From: Botryllus schlosseri
Taxonomy: Eukaryota
Direction: 5' to 3'
Assembly: GCA_051294905.1 (NCBI GenBank)
Contig: CM119372.1
Location: 1,116,001-1,180,000 of the forward strand
DNA: 64,000 nucleotides
Part shown: positions 1 through 13,900 of the stretch, one piece after another
How the letters are laid out: the number at the start of each line of letters is the position of its first letter
Position numbering within the stretch: the stretch's first letter is position 1
Translations under genes and position numbers: made by a program
Notes under the pieces: model-generated
What the model was told of the DNA's origin: nothing
What the model saw: only the letters and a program-made list of their open reading frames with translations
The model's database searches: none

Positions 1-183
1 ATTGATGGGAAAAAGCACCACTAAATGCTCTTATCCAAAATTCCATCCTATGGGGACGTCATATTTTACAATACAAAAAATATTCGGGTTTATTTCAATA
101 TGAATATAGTATTAAATAGTATTACTTCCATTCTACTTGAATATCAACTGACTATACTTCGGCCATCTCTGCGCAAATTCCAG

Positions 184-3100
184 ATTCATCGGCAATAGAA
201 TGTTCTTCAGCGAATCTCGATATCATTCGCTGCGATGACGATTCAGCGGATCAAGTCCACTGTGATGTCAAGTGTAGAGACGGTTTCGTTCCAATCCATT
301 TGCCTTCCGAAGCCGCCGGCGAGCAAACTATGTTTCGTATCAAATGCAAGTAAGTCTCTCTTTGATTTCACAGCGTGCTTATCAAGTGATTATTAAAAGT
401 TGTCTAAGTATATCTCCAGTATCAGTTCATTAATAGTTTCATAACTTTAAAACACCACACGACTGCGATACAATGAAAAGATAGAAAGGTGTCCAACCGA
501 CTTGGAGTAGTATTTGAGATCATACACCCACCTGCGGGCCCAGGCGATGTAAATAAGAGTATGGCCGGGCACAATCATTCGAATACTCGAATCTGAATCT
601 AGCATTAATTTTAATGATTCAAGTCGAGTAGTAAAATAAGATTTTTTTTCGAGTAGTGGAATTATACGCTCATCGCAACTGAAAGTTAATTTATCAAAGA
701 TAATTATAGTTTCAATACTCATTTTTACTGTTGAAGCCTTGAAACCTTTATTGGCCGTATCGTAGCATACGAAACATATAGTACAAAGCTATGAACGTTA
801 CTGGAAATAGTACATTTCCGAAGTCATGATCCTCCCATAACATTGTCACCAAGTGCAACGAAATCGGTATGGTTGAAAAAATAATAAAGTACCTTTGTGG
901 ACGCATAAAAGGTACATATTTGAACTTTGACATATTACATTCCATTATGACGTCACAATAAGTGATACTCGATTGCTCGACTCAAAGTATATTCTGTGAT
1001 TCACTCGATTTTGCCCAGCCCTAAATATGAGTCATGCACCCTTGAAGGGATAACATAATGTGTGATGAAAGTGAATGTGTCGATAGGTGAGGTTGATATG
1101 TCAAATCGAGGTAAGGGTCTCTTGAAGGCTGAGTAATGTTGACTAATCATACAAAACCAGTAATATGATTCGAATTAAAATTACAGAATATAAACTAATA
1201 AAAGCGAAATCCCAGTCATCTATAATTCGAATCTAATCTGTTAAATGTTTCTGAGCTCTAGTTTTATATATAATTTAATTTCTGGCTTTCTTGAGAATGA
1301 TACAGGTAAACAGCGAAACGAGTCAGACTATAGGTCTACAGATACTTTTGCCATTCTCGTACTTAAGAGAATGAATTCTGACCTGATGCGAACTGAACTC
1401 GATTTTTGTTGTATTTCTCTCCAATCCGGAATAGTATAGAATTTACAAGTTTTTGTGAATTCTGTCATTTGTATTGTAATATAGTTTCGAAAAACTGTGT
1501 TGTTACAATTTAATTCTAATCAGATTTGGAACAAGCAGAAAAATGTCTAGTTGTCCAAATCTGGTGTCAAGGATCAGACCTGTTTAGTGATAAAGCGATT
1601 CAGATTCCGTGTAACGTGAGTATGCCTTCTGAGACAACGGCGAATTCGGTAATTTTTATTCTAATCTAGTCCGGAAAAACACTGTGTAATTATAATTATA
1701 ATTTTAGTCTAATTTAGAAACAAATTTGTAATTGTCAAGGATTAGGCCTGGTTAGAACACAGAGATGTCAATCCGCGTCACGCGAATGCCATCTGCGACA
1801 ACGGTGACCCGGACTGTCGCCTTATGAGATAAATAAGACTGATTGATGTCCGTGTGATGTCATGGACAGTCGAATACCGCTCATTATCGATCGGGTGTCA
1901 GAGAATTCACAGGGGTGACCCCATTAAGAGTATATTTAGCCTTGGTTGCATTTTCATATAGTGCCGAAATCTTATTTCCTGTAATCTCATTTTGTACGCT
2001 CTTGGTGACCGGGGTGCATTTATTTTACGCAATCATTGGCCGTGGCGTAAAAGGCCGATAGGGGATAAGCACCTAAACCGTATAAACAACAACAATAACA
2101 ACTACGATATCTTCATCTTGAAATCATCAATTTGGACTGATATCAGAACTGTAACAAATTCGCAACGTTCCGGGTTATAAGTCGATTTGACTTTTATAGT
2201 TTCGACTCGAGTCAAGGCGAGTCATTTTCAATTCCCCACCGAGTCAAGTCGTAGACCAAGTCAGGGAGTAGCGAGACTCTAGTTCGAGTCTAAGTCATAG
2301 GGTTCACTGTTTATTATCGAATTCAAGTCATGTTCAACTCGCTTCTGTGAAACTTTCAAGACTATGTTTATTCGAACAGATAAAAGCTAGTTTCTATGGG
2401 CGTACATTTCAAGTATCGGTCCTTATGTTCGGGTCTTGAATCAAATCATCTTGAGCGTCTAGAGCATTGCTCTTCAACCTTTTTGTGCCCCATTCGCACT
2501 TTGTTGGTAAAATAAATTTTATTCGCATAAACTAATAGAAAATTGTTATAAAAAAAAGATGAAGATATTTTGTTCAAATGCGCAACAAATTGGCTACTAT
2601 GTAGATAAAATTATCAATGTCTCATTAAAAAGGCAACTTTTTTTGCTCGGTGCTCTGTTCTGCACTCCTATCTAAAATACAGCGTATTATTCGCGAGTGA
2701 AAAATGCTTGCTGGCAGAAATCGTTTTTGAGAGGTGAGAGCTGACACAAAATTCCCGGACGCTCCAGTTTGTCGAAAGGGTGAAAAACCCACATGTTTGT
2801 GTTGAGGCTTTTGCCTTATGTTTTGGAACATAAGGGGCAAAACGATTAAGGGGACTAGCACTGGCGTAGCAGCATGTGCTGCCGCTCCTGGCTCTCTTGA
2901 AAATGCCGCCCCCTAGGTAGACCTCATCAAATTTCGACATAGATTGATGTTCAAGTAATCTTGTCAATAGGAATAATTACAAATGATATGCCGCTTCTCA
3001 GCTTCACCGTCTCGACGTTAATGACGCCAAAAATAATAAAAACAAGAAATAGCGAACGAATGTATTGTACAAATAGAAAATCAATGGCCGCCTCAAAGCA

Positions 3101-6100
3101 AAAGCAGCGATAATATCCTCAAATTCAAGTTTTTGAACGTAGTCTCTTTCTATAGACAGAATGGATGGAGCTGATAGCCGATCATTATTCATGAATCATG
3201 ATAGAACTAAATATATAAGACTTAATCAGTTTGAGCTTTGAGAAGCTCCTCACACAGCTCGCAGTTGAAACACCAATGTTCAGATAAAGTTTCAGACACG
3301 AGCATAAATACGGTGTCAAATCAAGTAGCTTTGCATTAAACAACCACTGTAAAACATCAAACGTTGTTGCACTACGATCAAACGTGGTTTCACTGCTCCG
3401 CACCAGCCTCTTAACCCTTTTAAAATCCCAAGTTGAACAACTTCATATGATCATAACTTAATTTGTGTTCGTCCTAGAGCAGTGGTTCGCAACTTTTTTT
3501 TAGGATAGTGAAAAATTCCGCGCCCTCGTATCGTCATATTACAAGATCCAACCGGGATGCTAGCAACCCTAACAGATTGTTTGATGGCATGGAAGGTTAT
3601 GACTGTTGATGAGAGAATTCAAAAATAAGAAACTGGGTCTAAATATAGAGAAACACGCGTGAATTGGAGGTAAATCGCGCATAGCGCGAAAAAAATTCAT
3701 TTGACCGATTCTTCGCGCCCCCTCTTAAGATGCTTTCACGCCCCCCCCCCAACGGGGGCGCGCGCCCCAGGTTGAGAACCCCTGTCCTAGAGGCCTCATA
3801 TTGGTTTGTACGAAAAGCTAGCAATCTTCTGCTTTATATGATCCCTAATTCGAGGTATAAAGCATGACAATTTTCGCAGCTAACTCCAAAAAGTCCACCT
3901 CGTCGTCATAAGTGCTTCTAAAAGCGCTGGTGAGTAAATTGTGACTTTCGCTTTGCAGCAGCGCGTGGGAATTCAAAAATCCAAATATATCATTTAAGTG
4001 GTGAATGCCGGTAAACCTAGTTTCAGCTTCAAGTTTAAATCTGTCCTATGCTTGAAACATGCATCGTCTAAATTCTTCAACAACACTGAGGCCAGCATCT
4101 TCTGTTTGTTCGCCGGGCATTCTCCTTTTTCTGCGAACTCTCCGAACAATCGGCCGTGACGGCTATTTCGGAGTGATTCCATCGCCATGTTAACATATTA
4201 ATTCGTGTTTTCGGAATCAGCGCGACACTAGCTTTTGATTGAGACCTGTTTGATTAAATTTTAGCTGACGGGACGCCAGCTATAGGACTACCAAGCACTG
4301 TTCTTTTAGCCGGCTGTCTACACGCCGCGCGAGATAGTGTAATGGTGATGCGTCCGGCTTCTTGATCGGTAGGTTGTGGGCCCGATCCCCGGCCGGGTCA
4401 GACTGAAGACTCGAAAACTGGTATCCGCGGTTATCCCGCTAGACGCCCAGCAATCACGGAGGAGAAAAAAAACGGGGTGCAGACTAGATGACCTTACTAT
4501 AAAGTCCTTATCGCATCTCCGTCTTCAAACCATCACGATGATGCAGGCATCTCTCTCACTGTGCAGCCTCATTTTGCCGCCCCCTTGGAGCCTGCCGCCC
4601 CTGGCGCAGAGCCAGAACCGCCAGGTGGCTGCTACGCCACTGGGGACTAGGCACATTAGAGCTCGCTACCTTATGATACGTTGCTCCAACTATGATAAGA
4701 GCAAATAGACTCACGATACTGTGTGTTCCGCTCTTTAGCTCAATATAACTTGAGAATTCATAACAGTTTATTAACGGTACAGCAACCTTTAGACTAGCCT
4801 ACCACCTAAATCTGGGTTTTTGTGGCATCTCGCGACCCGAGCCTCACCCATGAAAAGGAATGTATTTTAAATATTACAGTTGTATGCTACGATATCGTGA
4901 CATACAGAACTCGCACATCACAATTCTACCCAACACAGCTCTAAAAAAGCATGTCTGACGCACGCGATTTAAAATTGAGGCAAATTAAATTACTCTACGT
5001 GTCGCAGTTGTGCTACTGTCTACTCAGATTGTAAGAACGAAACTATTCCGTGCCGACAACGGAGCATATCCATATCGAGAGGTTTGGCCATCCAGCATCG
5101 GTCATTTTTAGACGAAGGTTTTGTCGCCGCTTATGTTTTGACACCGCATTTTATCAGTGGGTTGTTGGCCAAAACTTCATGTCCTCATGTGTCCCGACGC
5201 AGAAGGGGTTGGCCTCGAAATGAATGAGTCTCATAGACGTGAGCTCGCTCGTTGCATGTGAGTCTATGCCTCGCGCTAATCGAACAGTTATTACAAAAAT
5301 ATGACGATTGCTTAGCGAAAGTGAGCAGAAAGTCAATTTGACGTCATTTTCTAGCCTGTCGCTGTCGCACCACTACACCAGCTTCTAAACCAGGCTTTTG
5401 GCTACGTAATAGTTACAGTGCGAAAATATTAATTCATTGTGAGAGCTACGATTAGTGGTGCGCCGTAAGTTGATCCAAGTTTTTACAATTGCGTCGCAAC
5501 TACAACAGTTACACTGACCTTAAATTTCCTATTAGGTTTATTTGAATTATTCCACGTCAGAAAAATTAACAATTATTCACGATTTTCATTCGCATCTGAT
5601 CCGGATTTTCATTCGCACCATTCGCACCACCTTCACCATTCGCACTGCATTTTTTCCATTCGCACAAGTGCGAACAGTCACACAGGTTGAAAAGCATTGG
5701 TCTAGCTAGAGTCATTTTCAATTTTTAAGAGCATGATTGGAGTCAAGTCCTGTCGACGAAAAATTGCGACTCGAGTCGTGACTCGAGTCACTACAATACT
5801 GGCTGATACGATGAAAATCAATCGAGGCGATTCGGATATGTCCTATGTCCAGAGATATCGAAGTGGTCAGCGTTGCTACCCATACAGAAGTAGAAGTAAC
5901 GGTCTGAAAGAATACCAGCACTTATGTCGAAAAGTAGATTTTTCCGACGTTTCGCATACTTTTAGCGATAAATCGGAGGCGACTTTTGCCGTAAATTGCA
6001 GGCAAATTGCAAAATTGCATGAAGAGGTATCTACGCGACTAATACACATTATAAAATATGTTGTATAGTGGCGAGATAGCGTAGTGGCATAATCCACAGC

Positions 6101-7902
6101 TGCAACACTTATGGGTTGCGGGTTCGAGTCTGACGGAGGTCGACTCCAGAATTCCTACTTATGTGTTGGAGGTTTATCTATAGGCTCCTCCTCGCCATCT
6201 CATCCCGCCTCTGACTAATGACTACTTCTTATTTAATCTCTCTATAAAACTGAATCATCAGAAAACTCCTTATCACTTTTCTTTTTTTCGCAGAACACCA
6301 AAAGTTTCGAAATTGGAAGACGAATCAACCAGGTTTTGTGCCCGAATCGAAGATCTGCCCAGTTCTGACGTGAAAGAATTAACGGTGCGCATAGATCTTA
6401 TGATGAGATATCCATTGATAATGATTGTGATAGTGATGCTATTTTGATGCTATTTTTACGATACAGGCAGATAAGCGTTCATTTCATGCTTTCAACTGCA
6501 ACAGAGCTTGCGCCCGGAACGCTAGAGGCTCTTTTCTCTTTGGAGGCTGCATCGACGGCGTCTTAAACGGTATGCGTTAGCTTTCAATTATTTTCCACTG
6601 TGGACGTCTGTAAATCTCGATTGGTCGTATCGTAACACAAGAAACATGTAGCACAAAGCTACGCACGTTAGTGGAAATGAGATATTTGTGAAGTCGAAAT
6701 AATCCACAGCATTTTATGTTTGATCGGCGATTACAACGCAAGTGATTTTGCTCGCCATATCCAAACATTCTTCTGCATCCGTGACATCTATAAATATATA
6801 AGGGGGCGGGCCACCAAAAGAAATGTATATAGTTACGCAAACGTATGGTTTTGTCGTGGGGACAAATTCCACAACGCGCGAAAACATCTGCGCCGCTGTA
6901 TAGTGAATAAGTTATTGCGAATCGGCTGGAAACGCACAGACTAAATCTTATTAAAGGCCTTACTAAAGTCTTGCTAAATGTCGCATGTCAGCATGCGGCG
7001 AGACTGCATAATTCAGTAGATCCTAGCACGCTGATTTCGAAAACACCCATCATTTTACGTAGACACGTCAACACGCAATACCGCACATTTATCAACCGCA
7101 TTTAATCCCCGTAACGTGACATTCTGGAGATGAGCATGGATTTAGATTTAGATTTGAAAACAAATTGTTTGGATTTATGAAAAGTAGTCTAAGAAGGTAA
7201 ACACACGACCATAAGTAGAACAGGTAGGAAAATCGTATTGCAGTGCTCGGAAAAAGTAAACGTACTCCATTACTAATCACCTATCTAAGTGTTCACTGAT
7301 TGGTGCACAATGTGCACATACATTTCCCAGCCTCGTGCTTATAAGAATGAACTCTGATTTGATATAAACTGGACTTGTTTTTTGTAGTATTTCTTTCTAA
7401 TTAGGAATTTTAATTCAATTTTCAATTTTTTGCCAATTTAGTAATCTGTATTCTAATGTCATTTGGAATACTAGTCAGCCATCAAGATTTCCAGACCTCA
7501 ATCTGACATATCAACCTGGCCTATCGACGCATTCATTTTCATCACTAGCCGTTTTATGTTATCCCTTATTTCATTCCAATCGGTGTACGTGCCACTTCGT
7601 AACATCGCCTAGGCCCAGGTGCGTGTCTGATTTTACAGACCACTCCAAGTCGTTTCGACACCTTCCTACCGTTTCATTGTATCGCAGTTTTGTTGTGATT
7701 TGAAATGATGGAATTCCACTCTAAAACACTTTCGTAGCTATCATTCTAGTCGTAATCTAATATAGAAATGTTGCACATTTTCTAGTTGTCCAAGTCTTGC
7801 TTTGAATGCCAGCAAGTCGTTTCTACTTTTACAGTAAAAGAATGCGTAGTGTGTCGACTGAACGGGATATGCGCATCCGGAAAAGCTTTCGTCGGAGGAT
7901 AA
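184..7902 (+). CDS. Partial spliced gene, Cys-rich protein (first visible exon loosely Sushi/CCP-like); 5' part lies outside the window
   Basis: Hand-built AG/GT exons with compatible phases: 184-349 (SSAIECSSANLDIIRCDDDSADQVHCDVKCRDGFVP...MFRIKC), 6294-6384, 6467-6569 (ADKRSFHAFNCNRACARNARGSFLFGGCIDGVLN), 7835-7902 (VKECVVCRLNGICASGKAFVGG*). No family recognised. Confidence 0.4.
560..1023. mobile_element. MITE-like repeat (GGGCTGGGCA...CCCAGCCC family)
   Basis: Similar to the inverted copy at 44060-44573 and to the split copy flanking the 18-kb palindrome (~21455-21766 plus ~39796-39960). Confidence 0.6.
3004..3403 (-). pseudogene. hAT transposase C-terminal dimerisation-domain remnant, frameshifted
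   Basis: LKLYLNIGVSTASCVRSFSKLKLIKSY followed in another frame by NDRLSAPSILSIERDYVQKLEFEDIIAAFA; matches the hATC pattern but the catalytic E position reads V. Confidence 0.85.
3480..3784. mobile_element. hAT-type MITE inserted in the transposase remnant
   Basis: CAGTGGTTCGCAAC...GTTGAGAACCCCTG; perfect TSD TCCTAGAG. Confidence 0.8.
4324..4520 (+). mobile_element. tRNA-derived SINE
   Basis: A-box-like TAGTGTAATGG, degenerate B-box, then a GGGTCAGACTGAAGACTCGAAAACTGGTA body. Confidence 0.5.
6068..6210 (+). mobile_element. tRNA-derived SINE, second family
   Basis: A-box TAGCGTAGTGG, B-box GGTTCGAGTC, non-tRNA tail shared with the copy at ~11958-12090. Confidence 0.6.
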
Positions 7903-8859
7903 ACCGCGAATATAAGCCGCCATGTCTGTTTTGCCGCAAAAGATAATGGGATTTATACAATAAATGGGTCGTTGGTTTTCTGTAGACAACATGTTTCTAT
8001 TATGCAACGTTGTCGATTTGAACATATACGTTCAAGTGTATCGAGGTTGCTGAACCACGCGCCATAGTCGAAGTTGAATAGCTACGAGCAAGCCAGCGAG
8101 ATCATCAGATCAATCGTGACAGTCAGGCTCATCGTTCTCTGCCTACACTACGATACATTACACTGCGCTTGAGGTCAAGACATACAAATACTCTCAACTC
8201 CTATGATTCGCGATGACACGCCCGTCTCGGACATAATTGGGTGCAGGCAATTAGGTCGATCAGTAGTCGAATTGCGTGCAGTAGCGTAGGCACGTATAGT
8301 TAGAGTTCGGAATCGGAACCCCACCCTTCTGAAATCCCAATTCTATCTTCAGTAGGTATAGAAGCTCATATGCAAGCAATTGGTACCACGCTGTTGTGTT
8401 TCGACCGAACGATGCGATGTCACTTTCCAAAGCGAAGAGACGCGTTTGAGACCTGGTGTCTGAAAGGGAACTGCAGAAGCCACAATGATTTGCAATAAAT
8501 ATATCGTTTTCGTTTTGTGTGAAAAGATTTTGTTCATTCAACACTCTGCTGATGCGTAGGTCATTTTGTGCAAAAGTCATCTATATTGGATGTGTAGTAA
8601 GATATGTAATGTGGAGGATTTTTGTTTGGGTTTACTGAAGGCTTCAAGATTAGCGTAGGGTTCACCATGCAGGTTAGTAAGAGTTAAGAGCCACGGGCCT
8701 AAACTGACCATCGAGTACTAGCCTGTACGAAACAGCACTGATATGCAATACTGCAGCCATGTGTGAGTGATATGTATTCTTTTCCAAATATAGGTCATTT
8801 TACATATATCGCAGCCTTCGTTTAGTACTGACCTCGCAATCTGCTGATAAGGGTTCAAC

Positions 8860-9202
8860 TGTGCGGTAGGGTTGTTCAAAAATAACTTTTTTCCGAATTC
8901 TAGCCATTCTCTGACTAAATTTTCAGGTTACCCTAAAAACGCTGCACACCAAATTGTTGAATTGTTGAGTTGTCTTCAAAAACGATGCAAAACAAATTTG
9001 ACTCAATTGCATAAGTAGATGCGGATATATTTGAGTATTTCATTGATAATTCTCTGATTATCCACCAATTATCAAATCTTAGCTTATAATTGTTAGAATT
9101 GAACCAAATTTGGTGTGCAGCGTTTTTAGGGTAACCTGACAATTTAATCAGTGATTGGCGGGAATCCGGAAAAAAGTTATTTTTGAACAACCCTATACTG
9201 TG
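8860..9202. mobile_element. Palindromic MITE
   Basis: TAGGGTTGTTCAAAAATAACTTTTT...AAAAAGTTATTTTTGAACAACCCTA with long inverted arms; related to 24047-24696. Confidence 0.65.
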
Positions 9203-10981
9203 CGGCCACCGACGAGTCAGCTGAACAATATTCGCGCTGGGTCAACCCATACGGAAAAGTCGAACGTCAAACAAAGATCAATAACGTAGCAATTTCAAAT
9301 CTATTCGGTATATTATTAATTTCATCATTTCAAAACACTCAAGATTGCTATAAAATTAAAAGATAGATAACGACTTGTCGTAGTTGAAGAGTTTCTTAGA
9401 GGTACAGAACTTCAATACACAATTGAATAATATATTCATATTGAAATATAAGCCCGAATATTTCCGACTGACTCTCGTCAGGGGTATCGTCATCGACTAT
9501 ATTATAGAATTGGAATGAACATTGTATATCAACAATCGTATTGCGGACGATTATCTCTAAAACTATTCGGGTCTTGCGAACATGAAAGTAAAGGCATGTA
9601 GCCTACTCTAAACTGAATGAAAAATAACGTAAAACTGACGACCAAAGAGAGATAAATGTTATAGTAATCCAGCGAAGAAAATGTAAAGCAATTAAACCCG
9701 ATATATTTCAGGCAGTAGTATAGCCCTAATGGGTAATAAAATGATGTATTAGAAAATTGACATAGGCTCACTAGACGAAGTTTACTTTGCCACTGAGCCA
9801 CACGCATTCACTGTGGATTGAGGGTTGCAATGCTGTGGTAGGCCTAATCATTGAATGAAAGTCAATATTGGACCTAAAGTATTTTACATTCTGGATATAC
9901 GCTCACATTCACGAATGGCGTTTAGTGGTATTGGATATTGAAAATATTACATCAGTTGTGCAAATTATCTGAGTTTACTTCAATTAGCACGAACAGGGAC
10001 GTTATAAATACGCCAAACAGTTCAACTTTTGGATATATGTAGACATAGCTTTTCGTCCTACTGCAAATAGCCATTTGAAAGCATAGTAATTTGGTAACAT
10101 CTGGATGATACAACTTATTCTAGAACCCAATGAATTTATCAGGGAAGTATCATATTACAGGTGCTGACATATTGACTCGAAAGTGTTGAAACTTGAGAAT
10201 TACAATATTCCTGACGACGCACGGTTTGGACACACCATAGAGAGCACAGAGAGCAATAATTCGTTAATCTCAAGCTATGATGTTGCATATTGCGAGCACG
10301 GCTCTACACTGCAGTCAATGGGAGTGGCCTCTATAGATCAGCGGTTCGCAAACGGTTTTGACTCATGGCCCCCTTATAAAATCTCAACATATCTTTATCG
10401 CCTCATAAGCCAAGCTAGAGGTCATCAGTAAAGAAGTACATCCACCTCTCCGTAGCAGTATATTAGATTTTATCTACTTGATTTATGGCCATGCTTGATT
10501 ACGAATACACCAGCCAAGGCTGTGTCACCAGAAGGAGTTCGTGTACCATCTAAAAAGAGTGAATTGAACTCCCTCTTATTCGAAATTTCATACTGGTGAC
10601 GTCATATTTTGTGAAAGGATTGTTGATATACAATGTTCTGTCCAATTCCTTACCAGTTGCTGACGATTACCCCTGACGAGTATCAGTCGAAAATTTTCGG
10701 GGTGATTTCAATATGAATTCAATTCTACTTGATTCACTAACTCAAGCAGTTTTGTTAGTATATTGCTTTTATTTCGACAGTTTGGGACGCAGAAAAACCC
10801 AAATGTTTTTCTATTCTTTATATTGGTAAAGGGAAAAGAATAATTTTTTGAATTCGCTTCAACAACTGTTGATACGAAATTGAGATTGACTGATTCCCCC
10901 CTCCTCCAATATCTACCCATGGGGCAATATCGCCCACTTTGGTACCACTGCTCAATGCGTACAGAGCAACTACCATTAAGA

Positions 10982-13900
10982 TCAATATTTTGGGTCCTGG
11001 TCCCTATGGATAGCGGGGTTTTGGGGGGGAGTATTTAGAATCGACAATCTTCTTCTCGAAGTCGTGTTTTCTCCGCGGCAGATAACGTTAATGGGTAAGC
11101 TGCAGCCTTCGGACTCATCCCAGCTTTCCACAAGTGAATTCGAAGTAGCGTTTGTTTCAGCCGATTTTCTTTCCTTGTTGCGTCGATACTTACGCCACCG
11201 AATAGATAGGCCTATTATGACCAGGATGACGATGAATCCACCAATTCCACCAAAAATCGCACCCCAAGGAGGTTCTAAAAGAGATCAAAAATCAAGATTG
11301 TGTTTGAATCAAAAATTGTTTGTGAAGACAGCGATAATGTACACTGTAAACCAGTTCAGCTGGACTAGTACAAGCTTGTAGAAACTACTGGATTTTTGAA
11401 ACCCTGAACTAGGACTTGAGCTACTCATTTCTTAAGACTCGCCACTACATCTAGAACTGACGACCTTGAAATTCGAAAGCACAGTAAAACACGACACCGG
11501 TAAAACCCACCCCTGACTGCGCCACTGTAGGCTAATAGTGATGACTCTGAGCCATGAATGGCTGCATTAACATCACACAGCAGAACACTGGTATTGCGAT
11601 TCATGCCAAACAACGACACATGTTTTCTATAGTTGTTAAGCAACTATTGTTTAAATGCGCAACTAGAACTAGAAATCATTAGTTATAGTTGTCAGAGCTA
11701 CAATGTATAACTTAATGATATATTCGTATTGAAATAAACCCGAATATTTTCGGCTGACACTCGTCAGGGGCAATCGTCAGTAACTAGTAAAGAATCGGAA
11801 AGAACATTGAATATCAACAATCGTGACACAGTGTAAAATGTCCTGTGCAATCTCTCCTAGTTGCTGACGATAACGCGTGGCGAGTGCCAGCCGAAAATAT
11901 TCGGGTTGATTTCAACATGAATATATTATTCCACTGTATGTCGTAGCTCTGTACCTCGGGGCGAGATTATAGTGGTGAAATCCACAGCTGCAACACTAAT
12001 GGGTTGCGGGTTCGAGTCCGACCCAGGACGACTCCAGAATTCCTACCTAAGTGTTGGAGGTTTATCTAGGCTCCTCGCCATCTCATCCGTGTAAGCGGTG
12101 TCATATAAAAGCCTAAAATTGGGCCGTGCTACAAATCGGCAGCTACGGAATAGAAACGAAGAAAATTGACCTGGTGCAATGACCAATGACCATAGTAGTC
12201 GACAAACACCATGAATACCACAAACAAGAATAGCTTTGTACCTCCAAGAAGATATTTAAATGCAACCATAAATATCTGGCAACTTTTCGACAACTCCAGA
12301 TTCTCTCGCTATACATTTGAAACGTTGTAGTTCTGATGCTCACCCGGCGGTTTTGTTGTTGTATCTAAATCTATTGCCGGTGACGTGATTGTGGGTTCGC
12401 CCGTTGTTGAGATTACGAACTCGGCGGTTGACAGTGTGACTGTCGCCACATCTGTGGCAGCCGTCGACGCTTCGTGCGTGGTTGCTAAATCAGTCGTGCT
12501 CTGAGTTCGCGTCACTGGAATAGAAGAACTCATGGACGGCTAGTTGTCAAACTGGAGTTAGCAGATGTGCTCAAAGTAGCCACCGTGGGTACTCAAGTGG
12601 AAGTAAAATTTACCAGGGTTGCAATGACTCGAGTCGAGATTATTTGGTGACTCGGCTTGACTCTAGTCGTTTATTCAAATGTGTAAAATGACTCGACTCG
12701 CGTAAATTTTTGCGTCGACTCGACTTGTACTCTAGCCATTGTCCATGACTCGTACCAAGTCATATGACTTGAGACTAGGACGGCCAAGACAGAAATTTCA
12801 TTGGGACTTCGAAGAATAGGAAAGTCACCACATGATTTGTATTTCATCTATCAGTCCTGATACTTGGGAAATGTGGGGCCAGAAACAGTTAACAGCACTG
12901 AGGAAAATAACGACACTATGACTCGGACTCGACCCTCTACTTGGACTCTACTGACTTGGACTAGGATTTGACTCGGTGGTGAATTGAAAATGACTTGACT
13001 TGACTCGATTCAAAACTATAAAAGTGAGAATGACTTTGTTTACTTGCACTACTTGCAAAAGTTGTTATGGTTTCTAACTACTACTTCTACTTTTTAGACG
13101 AAAGTTAGCCTACAACAGGGGCGGGCAACTTCTCCGAGTCGGCGGGCCGGATATAGGAAAATTAATTACGTGGCGGGCCGGATTGCTGAATCGATACATT
13201 ATTCGCCCATTTATCCACGTATACAAGGAAGAAATCGTATTTAATGAATGTATTTTAACGACAGCAATGCAACTTCAAAGCCATTTCTCGCCAATAATGA
13301 CGAAGACAATGTTGATTTGAGAACAGCACTCTCATACAGCAGGGGTGAGCAATCTTTTTGCCAGTCACGGCCGCATTTCGACTACTCATGTAGCCTACGG
13401 CCGCATTACAGGGAATAGTCGTAATGAACTAGCAGGACGCCAAATACTCATGTTAAAGTGTCTATGTCCATTTCCGGCGAACTCCGTACTAATCTAATGT
13501 AGGCTGTTCATAGTCGCGCCAAGCGCGAAAATTTTTTCAGATTCATTCATGAATTTCGTCATGAAAATTAGTAGTTCTACATATTATTTCTCACCCCATG
13601 TGATCAGATTCTCCGGTAGAGTTGGTGGAGGGTCGGTCAGGACAGGCCAATTAGTATTAGTCACTTTGTTGCATGCTGCTCTTTGCATGTCTTGACCTCC
13701 CGTCAGGATTGTCGGTTTAGTGAGGAGAACACGATTCCGAGTTGGTATTTCTATATGTGGCGCATCTGTTCGCAACTGTACTGTGGGGCTCTGATTGCAA
13801 AGTGCGCAACTATATTAAAATCGAAAAATAAAGTCGCATTGAATCGCGCGCTGCGCGAAGAAACTTTCATGAATAATTAAAATCTTTCAAAAAATCGGGA

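Larger units (their letters stand above)
2859..4642 (-). mobile_element. Decayed hAT transposon with transposase remnants
   Basis: TIR CACTGGCGTAGCAGC...GCTGCTACGCCACTG; perfect 8-bp TSD GGGACTAG (2851-2858 and 4643-4650). Confidence 0.85.
2465..5699. mobile_element. Non-autonomous hAT-type element
   Basis: Termini CATTGCTCTTCAACC...GGTTGAAAAGCATTG; imperfect TSD GTCTAGAG/GTCTAGCT; repeated CATTCGCAC subterminal motif. Confidence 0.55.
2144..5801. mobile_element. GACTCGAGTC-rich hAT-type MITE, outermost layer of a nested insertion stack
   Basis: Both halves resemble the uninterrupted copy at 45334-45829; imperfect 8-bp TSD ACTGATAT/GCTGATAC. Confidence 0.55.

Noticed and set aside
6068..6150. 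tRNA-Cys gene
   Set aside because: No acceptor-stem closure, and it shares a non-tRNA tail with a second copy, so it is a SINE.
11064..11381. 105-aa plus-strand ORF
   Set aside because: It is the antisense shadow of the TM exon of the lectin gene.
12515..12592. Apparent frameshift in the Thr-rich stalk exon
   Set aside because: A good phase-1 acceptor (TTCTTCTATTCCAG) before 12514 avoids it.
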